DNA of 64,000 bases from an uncultured delta proteobacterium. Lineage in GTDB: Bacteria; Desulfobacterota; Desulfuromonadia; Desulfuromonadales; BM103. Below are positions 57,906-64,000 of the stretch, one piece after another. Position 1 is the first letter of the stretch. Every line of letters starts with the position of its first letter. The position numbers were made by a program, and so were the translations under genes. The stretch covers positions 132,936 through 196,935 of the forward strand of contig CAVQRZ010000025.1 of assembly GCA_963715335.1 (NCBI GenBank), in the 5' to 3' direction. The notes beneath the pieces were generated by a model. The model saw nothing but the letters and a program-made list of their open reading frames with translations, was not told the origin of the DNA and searched no databases.

Positions 57906-59075
57906 ATGAAAAAAATCCTTTCAATATTTGGGACCCGCCCCGAAGCGATCAAGATGGCTCCAGTCATCAAAGAACTAGAGAAACATCCTAATCGATTTCA
58001 GAGTGTTGTCTGTGTGACTGCCCAGCACCGACAGATGCTCGACCAGGTACTCGACTTATTTGAAATCGTTCCCGATTACGATCTTGACCTGATGCGGCCC
58101 GGGCAGGATCTGTTTGATATTACGACCAATATCTTGCTTAGAATCAAGCCTGTTCTGGAAGAGGTCAGCCCGGATATTGTCCTTGTCCATGGCGACACGA
58201 CAACCACTATGGCGACTTCTTTGGCAGCTTTTTACACTAAGATCCCTGTTGGTCATGTCGAAGCAGGCCTGAGAACTCGTAATAAATATGCTCCGTTCCC
58301 GGAAGAGATCAACCGTAGAGTCGCCGGTGTGGTTGCAGATCTGCACTTCGCTCCGACCGAAACCGCCAGGCAGAACCTGCTGTGCGAAGGCATACCTGAC
58401 GAATCTATCCACGTCACTGGCAACACTGTCATAGATGCCCTGATGATGACCGTCAAAAAGATCAAAAATGAGAATCTAAACGAGCGTATCGAAAAAGACC
58501 TTATCGACCGATTCCCCTCCCTTATAAAGATTTTTTCTCGCCACATGCCATGCGCTGCACGCCTCGTCCTGGTCACAGGGCACCGCCGTGAGAATTTCGG
58601 CGAAGGTTTTGAAAATATTTGCAGGGCTCTGAAACAGATCGCTGATCGGTATGATGATGTCGAAATCGTCTATCCGGTGCATCTTAATCCCAATGTTCAT
58701 GGCCCAGTGAATCGCATTTTAGCCAACCATCCTCGCATCCATTTGATCGACCCGATTGACTATCTGCCTTTTGTCTACATGATGGACAAGTCTTACCTGA
58801 TTATTACAGATAGTGGAGGGGTCCAGGAAGAAGCGCCTTCACTGGGTAAACCGGTATTGGTGATGCGCGATATGACTGAGCGTCCAGAGGCCTTGGATGC
58901 TGGGACTGTGCAGCTGGTTGGTGCTAATACTACACAGATTGTTACGGAGTCGGTACGGCTGCTTGACAACTCAAATGCTTATGAATTGATGGCGCATGCT
59001 CATAATCCATTCGGTGATGGCAAGGCAGGTGTGAAGATTATTGAGGTCTTAGGCTCTTGGTGTCATTCGCTCTAA
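57906..59075 (+). CDS. wecB: UDP-N-acetylglucosamine 2-epimerase (non-hydrolysing)
   Basis: [44 protein letters not shown]. Confidence 0.96.
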   Translation: MKKILSIFGTRPEAIKMAPVIKELEKHPNRFQSVVCVTAQHRQMLDQVLDLFEIVPDYDLDLMRPGQDLFDITTNILLRIKPVLEEVSPDIVLVHGDTTTTMATSLAAFYTKIPVGHVEAGLRTRNKYAPFPEEINRRVAGVVADLHFAPTETARQNLLCEGIPDESIHVTGNTVIDALMMTVKKIKNENLNERIEKDLIDRFPSLIKIFSRHMPCAARLVLVTGHRRENFGEGFENICRALKQIADRYDDVEIVYPVHLNPNVHGPVNRILANHPRIHLIDPIDYLPFVYMMDKSYLIITDSGGVQEEAPSLGKPVLVMRDMTERPEALDAGTVQLVGANTTQIVTESVRLLDNSNAYELMAHAHNPFGDGKAGVKIIEVLGSWCHSL

Positions 59076-60564
59076 AAAAACTGGCATATTCAGTCAGCCC
59101 ATCTTTTTTCATCCCTTTCTTCAGAGAGTCGAATCTTCCGACCTCGGTTCTCGATTAGCTTCCGGAATTTTTTGGTCCATGTCAGGTTCAATAATTTCGA
59201 GGGGATTGATGCTTTGCGCGACAATACTGGTCGCGCGAATGCTTGGTAAAACTGTTTATGGTGAATTGGGCATGATTCAGTCCACTGTCGGAATGTTTGG
59301 CGTTTTTGCTGGCTTCGGACTTGGTCTGACAGCCATCAAGCATGTAGCCGAATATCGACTTAGCGATCCTGAACGTGCCGGTCGTATCATTTGCCTCTCA
59401 GGTATTGTAGCTCTGGGTACTGGGGGGCTCATGGCATTGGGGCTGTTTGTTTTTGCTCCTTGGCTTGCTGAGCAAACCATTAACGCACCACACTTGACCA
59501 ACATTCTCCGTGTCGGCGCTTTGATCCTTTTTATTAATGCTATTAATGGCGCTCAAACCGGTGCTTTGTCAGGTTTTGAAGCATTCAAAACAATAGCACA
59601 TGTAAACCTTTATATAGGTCTGTTGTCGTTCCCTGTCCTTATTTGCGGAGCATACTTCGGAGGTTTGTCTGGTGCTGTTTGGGCTATGGTTATTAACCTT
59701 TGTTTTAATTGGTTGCTCAACCACCTTGCTTTACGAAAAGAGGCTCAAAGGCATTGCATAAAGCTTAACTTTAAGGGCTATCGGCAGGAACTGCCTATTT
59801 TGTGGCGTTTTGCACTCCCTGCAACACTTTCCGGAATCATGGTTGGACCAGCAAACTGGGTGTGCCGTGCAATGCTATCTAAACAGAGTAATGGCTATGA
59901 TGAAATGGGGGTTTTTAACGGCAGCACTTGTGTTCCAGGGCCTATTGCTGTTTGTTGGTGGTATGCTAAGCGGTCCATTGTTGTCTATGGTTTCCAGCGC
60001 GAGTGAAGAAATCTCCAATGAGCTTGGAACGGTCAATATTCTCTCGACTTGGGCGCTTGGCGTTATTACCGCAATTCCATTGCTCTGTTTTCCAGAGATA
60101 GTCCTGTTGGCATTAGGTGATGATTATGCCACAGGTGGCTTTAGACTTACATTTGCCCTGATTGTATTTTGTACAACGATCGTAATGTACAAGGAAGGTC
60201 TTTCAAGAGTTTTGACTGCCAAAAGTTTACTTTGGTGGGGTTTTTTCAGTAATTTATTTTGGGCCATCATTTTGATCGCTTGCACTGTTTTTATGGTTCG
60301 TTGGGGAGCTGTTGGTCTGGCAGCTTCACTAACCATAGCTTATATACTGAATACTCTCATTCTTGTCCCTCTTTACTCTTCGCGCAATTGGTACCCAAAG
60401 GGACTCTTCTTTCCTATGAATCGGCTTCCATTTGGGCTGCGATTGTTTTTTTGTTGTTTCTGAATATTGTCGATGCATCGTTGGTTCTCAGAAGTTTTTC
60501 ATTCATCATAAGTCTGTTGATAGTTACAATATCATTCAGAAAAATGTTAAAACATTCAGAATAA
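59060..60564 (+). CDS. Wzx-type oligosaccharide flippase (about three apparent frameshifts)
   Basis: Hydrophobic multi-TM fragments 59179-60006, 59810-60463 and 60259-60564 tile in different frames; ARMLG...YGELG.IQST. Confidence 0.75.
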
Positions 60565-60575
60565 TGAGTCTGTGA

Positions 60576-61800
60576 ATGATGAACATCTTAATGATTTCAC
60601 CTGATTCTCCGCCAAAGAATTCACCAGAAGCGATTCAGGTCGGTCGTTATTTGCATGAATTAGACAAGAGACATCACATTTCTCTTGTCACAACTCCTGT
60701 TGGAACGTGGTTGGGTAGAAGAAGACTCTGGCCTCACTTTAATGTTGTCCAATACGGATGTTTTCATCCTAAAATTGCCTTTTCACAAAATAATTTCCCG
60801 GATATTGGCCTCTCGGCATTTTAAATTTCTATCGGTACCTGACAAAGATTTCTGGCTTAAGTCAAGAACGTCCTGGGTCACAAAACGTCTGCACCAGAGA
60901 CCTGATTTAATTTACTCACGTTCATTGCCTGTGAGTTCAGCGACAATTGCGTTTGGATTGAAAAAAAAACTATGCATCCCGTGGGTTATGCATTTAAGTG
61001 ACCCTTGGAGTGATAGCCCTTACTTGGCTTTTGGGCCATTGAAAAGGAAATTGTTAAACTTTGAAATGAAGTACTTTAATGCAGCTGACGCTATAACTGT
61101 CACAACGGAGGGGCTTGCAGAGTTTTATAGGTCCAAATACCCTCTCTGGGCTGAAAAGATATCTGTTTCGCATAATGTTATGCCAGAAATATCACCAAAG
61201 ACTTCAAGACAAAATATTTACGGGAAAAAGCTCACTCTGGTTTATACGGGAGCTTTATATGGGCAACGTCGACCAACAACGATTCTGAGAGCCATCGATA
61301 GTTTGAAAAAATCGAATGTGAATATTCTTGAGCGATTGGAAGTTAAATTTGTAGGAAACATAACGGAAGACATCCGAAAAGAGATAAACAGTTTTATGCT
61401 GTCAAATATATCAGTTCTTGGCCAGCGAAATTATTCTGAGGTGCTTGAATTACAGTCGCATGCCGACATTATGATTTCGTTTGAGCCCGAGGGTGACGAC
61501 CAGTTATTGAAAACGTTCTTGCCTTCAAAAGTGCTTGATTATATAGCCGGTCATAAGCCAGTCATTGCTATCACGCCAGAAAATAGTGAATCTTGGAAAT
61601 TATGTAATCGTGGATATGGTTGGGCTATTAAGCCAGACGACTACAAAGGTTTGGCGTTATTGTTAAGTGGTTTTGTTGAGAAGGTAGGCTGTGGAGATAG
61701 AACACTGTTAAGCTTTACATCATCAACATTGGAAGAATATTCAGTAACTTATTGCGTCGAAAAGTTGTCAAAGCTTATGGACTCGCTCGTAAAAAGTTGA
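60576..61800 (+). CDS. GT-B (family 4-like) glycosyltransferase (one frameshift near 60700)
   Basis: MNILMISP..PP; PWVMHLSDPW; YTGALYGQR; PSKVLDY. Confidence 0.78.
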
Positions 61801-61942
61801 GAGCTTTTAGCGAATAAGGTGATTAATGCTTTTGATCGGCAAGAAGGTTACGGCCTTTAATGAATTTGATTAATTCGGAGAAAATAAAATTTAGGCTTAC
61901 TTCGAATATTATAGAAAGGATTGTAGCCGCAAGGACTCATCT

Positions 61943-62635
61943 ATGGAAAATAAATATGAACAGGTAATAAATTTCTTCGATAAAAGCAATTATCTTGAGA
62001 ATAGATTCAATATAGAAATTCGTAAAAAAATAATCGAAGAGATCTCTAATATCGATAATTCTTACTGTATTTTGGATATTGGTTGCGGAGACGGGTCTTT
62101 ATCTATCGATTATTGCAAAAAAAACAAAGTTACTTTTATTGATGGCTCAAAAAAAATGATAAATGAATTAAAATTAAATTTAAATAGAATAGGTTTCAAA
62201 AATAATACAACCATAATAAATGATGATTTTATGAATTATGAATTCAAATGTAAATATGACTATATACTATGCGTTGGTGTTTTTTCACATATAAAAGAAC
62301 CTTCAATTATGTTGAATAAAATACATAAAATATTAAAAAAAAACGGTTATCTTATTATACAAATATCAGATAGAGATCATTATAGATACAAAAGATCTAA
62401 AGAAAAATTCAGTGGATACGGTTATCCGCTCAATAAGACAAACAGGTTGGAACTCTTTTATTTATTAGAATGTCATGGCTTTTATATTGAACAGGAGGAG
62501 GGCTATTCATGGAGCTTTTTCCCCCTGAACAGATTGTCACAAAATTTTCAATTTAAAGTGCTTAACTTTTTGAGAAAACATAATATTTTCAAAAGGTTGA
62601 ACAGTGAATTTATTTATAAATGTTCAATAAGATAA
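61943..62635 (+). CDS. Class I SAM-dependent methyltransferase
   Basis: ILDIGCGDG motif I, YD.I, LKKNG; very AT-rich. Confidence 0.88.
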   Translation: MENKYEQVINFFDKSNYLENRFNIEIRKKIIEEISNIDNSYCILDIGCGDGSLSIDYCKKNKVTFIDGSKKMINELKLNLNRIGFKNNTTIINDDFMNYEFKCKYDYILCVGVFSHIKEPSIMLNKIHKILKKNGYLIIQISDRDHYRYKRSKEKFSGYGYPLNKTNRLELFYLLECHGFYIEQEEGYSWSFFPLNRLSQNFQFKVLNFLRKHNIFKRLNSEFIYKCSIR

Positions 62636-62689
62636 TATGATTGTTTTGGTTAATATCATTTATGTTTGACGAATTAATCATGTTAGGGC

Positions 62690-63792
62690 TTGCCTTTGAA
62701 AATTCTTTTAATCGGATATTACGGAAAAGCAAATTTCGGCGATGATGTCTTGTTGAAGGTGACACACGGCCTTGTGCGCGAGTGGCTACCAGATGCCGAT
62801 ATCTCCGTTTTTGCGATCAGTATAAAGTTAATTACTTGCCAACCCTTCTGGGGGAAAACCCGTGTATTTTAAGGCCCGGAGACAGCGAACATTTTGACCT
62901 GATTATTCACGGTGGGGGGGGGGGACTTTTTTTGATTTTTCTGCCCAAGCGACTTGTCAATTGTGTGTCAACAAATCAATAAGTTCTCTTGGTTTTGAAA
63001 ACTATGTAGCAATAGATGGTTTTATTCGCAGGCTTTTAGGCAAACAGCGGTTTTCAGGAGGTAGGCGAATAGGGTGGGGCGTAGGTGTCGGAACTTATAC
63101 ACCAAGTTCGAAGAAACTAAGACACCACATCCCAACGATTTTAAGACTTCGACATGCTTTCGGTCCGTGATTCAGAGAGTTTAAAAAATCTCGAATATTT
63201 CAAAATGAGTGAGCGTGCAGTATTAGGTTCTGACCTTGCTTTTTTATCAAACTTCTGGATGCCTCCATCTCTTTTGCATAAGAATCACCACTCAGGCACG
63301 AGACCGAGACTTGGAGTTATTTTGCGGGATTGGCATTATGGCCATAATACAAACTATCTGGAATCATTTGTTGAAATGCTTCCCCAACTTCAGAATACGT
63401 ATGAACTTTCGCTCTTCATTTTTGATAAGCGAGTTGATAAGGATCTTTTAGCTGTAGCTAAGAGCTACGAGACGCATGTTTGGAACCCTCCCAAAACAAG
63501 TTTCGATGGTTTTTGCTCAATACTTGCTCAGCAGGACGTACTTGTGAGTAGTCGTGCCCACGGCGTTATTTGTGGAGCTGTCCTGGGGATTCCTTCTGTG
63601 TTGATCGAGATCGAACCGAAACTCAGAACGATTCACGAGATGCTACCGCAGTCCACAGTGTTGCACCCCCCTGATGAATTGTCTCTTCAAGCATTGCTTC
63701 GTGCGATTGATGCCATGTTAGAGTGTGAAAAATCCGTACTCTTTGCTGAGGTAGAACATAATCGTCTCCAAGCTGGTAATGCCGTAGATTAA
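62690..63792 (+). CDS. Polysaccharide pyruvyl transferase family protein (several frameshifts)
   Basis: GYYG..NFGDD, HGGGG, GVGVG, SVRDSES, DLAF, SSRAHG..C...G.P across four ORF fragments. Confidence 0.75.
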
Positions 63793-63824
63793 CATGAGAG
63801 CAAATGCCTGAATCAGCGAAAATA

Positions 63825-64000
63825 ATGAGACGTCGCATTCTCATGCTCATTCCCGAACTCGGTTTTGGTGGAGCGGAAAAGTCTTTTCTTCGTCTTGCTA
63901 GGTTGTTGTCAGAATATCATGATGTGTCCTTGGCTGTTTTTAAACGTCACTATGCGAGTGGTAATTATTCAAAAGAAGAAGAGGATATTAGCCTGTCATT
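63825..64000 (+). CDS. Glycosyltransferase N-terminus (partial, runs off the window)
   Basis: MRRRILMLIPELGFGGAEKSFLRLARLL, a GT4-like GGAE motif. Confidence 0.7.
   Translation, partial: MRRRILMLIPELGFGGAEKSFLRLARLLSEYHDVSLAVFKRHYASGNYSKEEEDISLS

Noticed and set aside
1..64000. tRNA, rRNA, transposase, integrase or prophage genes
   Set aside because: None recognised by inspection

Overview
A 64-kb chromosomal window from a GC-rich Deltaproteobacterium, most likely Desulfuromonadales (inferred from gene content and order, e.g. the PxxKW protein). From 1 to 44 kb it is mostly core genome: yajC-secD-secF, recJ, an FNT channel, pheA-tyrA-aroA-cmk-ispH-rpsA-sppA-ihfB, 6S RNA, lgt, an SLC5/STAC-GAF-PP2C sensor with a STAS/anti-sigma partner switch, two toxin-antitoxin pairs, rpmB, purMN, pyrKD, a DHH-CBS tRNA nucleotidyltransferase, scpAB and a phosphohexomutase. 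From 46.8 to 64 kb it is a capsule/exopolysaccharide locus that becomes AT-rich and frameshift-rich after about 57.7 kb; the frameshifts are probably long-read indel errors. The most striking unexplained signal is a dispersed family of inverted heptamer tandem-repeat arms at gene junctions. Two copies enclose paralogous four-helix-bundle (23S rRNA IVP/Avd-like) genes with unit-by-unit mirrored arms (28/28 bp and 22/23 bp). Others enclose only about 90-110 nt of AT-rich DNA, and one sits in frame inside a CpsB phosphatase. The arms are polarised: the purine-rich arm lies at an upstream stop codon and the pyrimidine-rich arm just before a downstream start codon that often lacks a Shine-Dalgarno (SD) sequence. 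Also seen: a second repeat family (CGCAGAG arms), a GTGTGTCAG-punctuated TA cassette hotspot, and an inverted 91-bp copy of the FNT gene forming the recJ leader. All alignments and counts were done by eye and no database searches were run.
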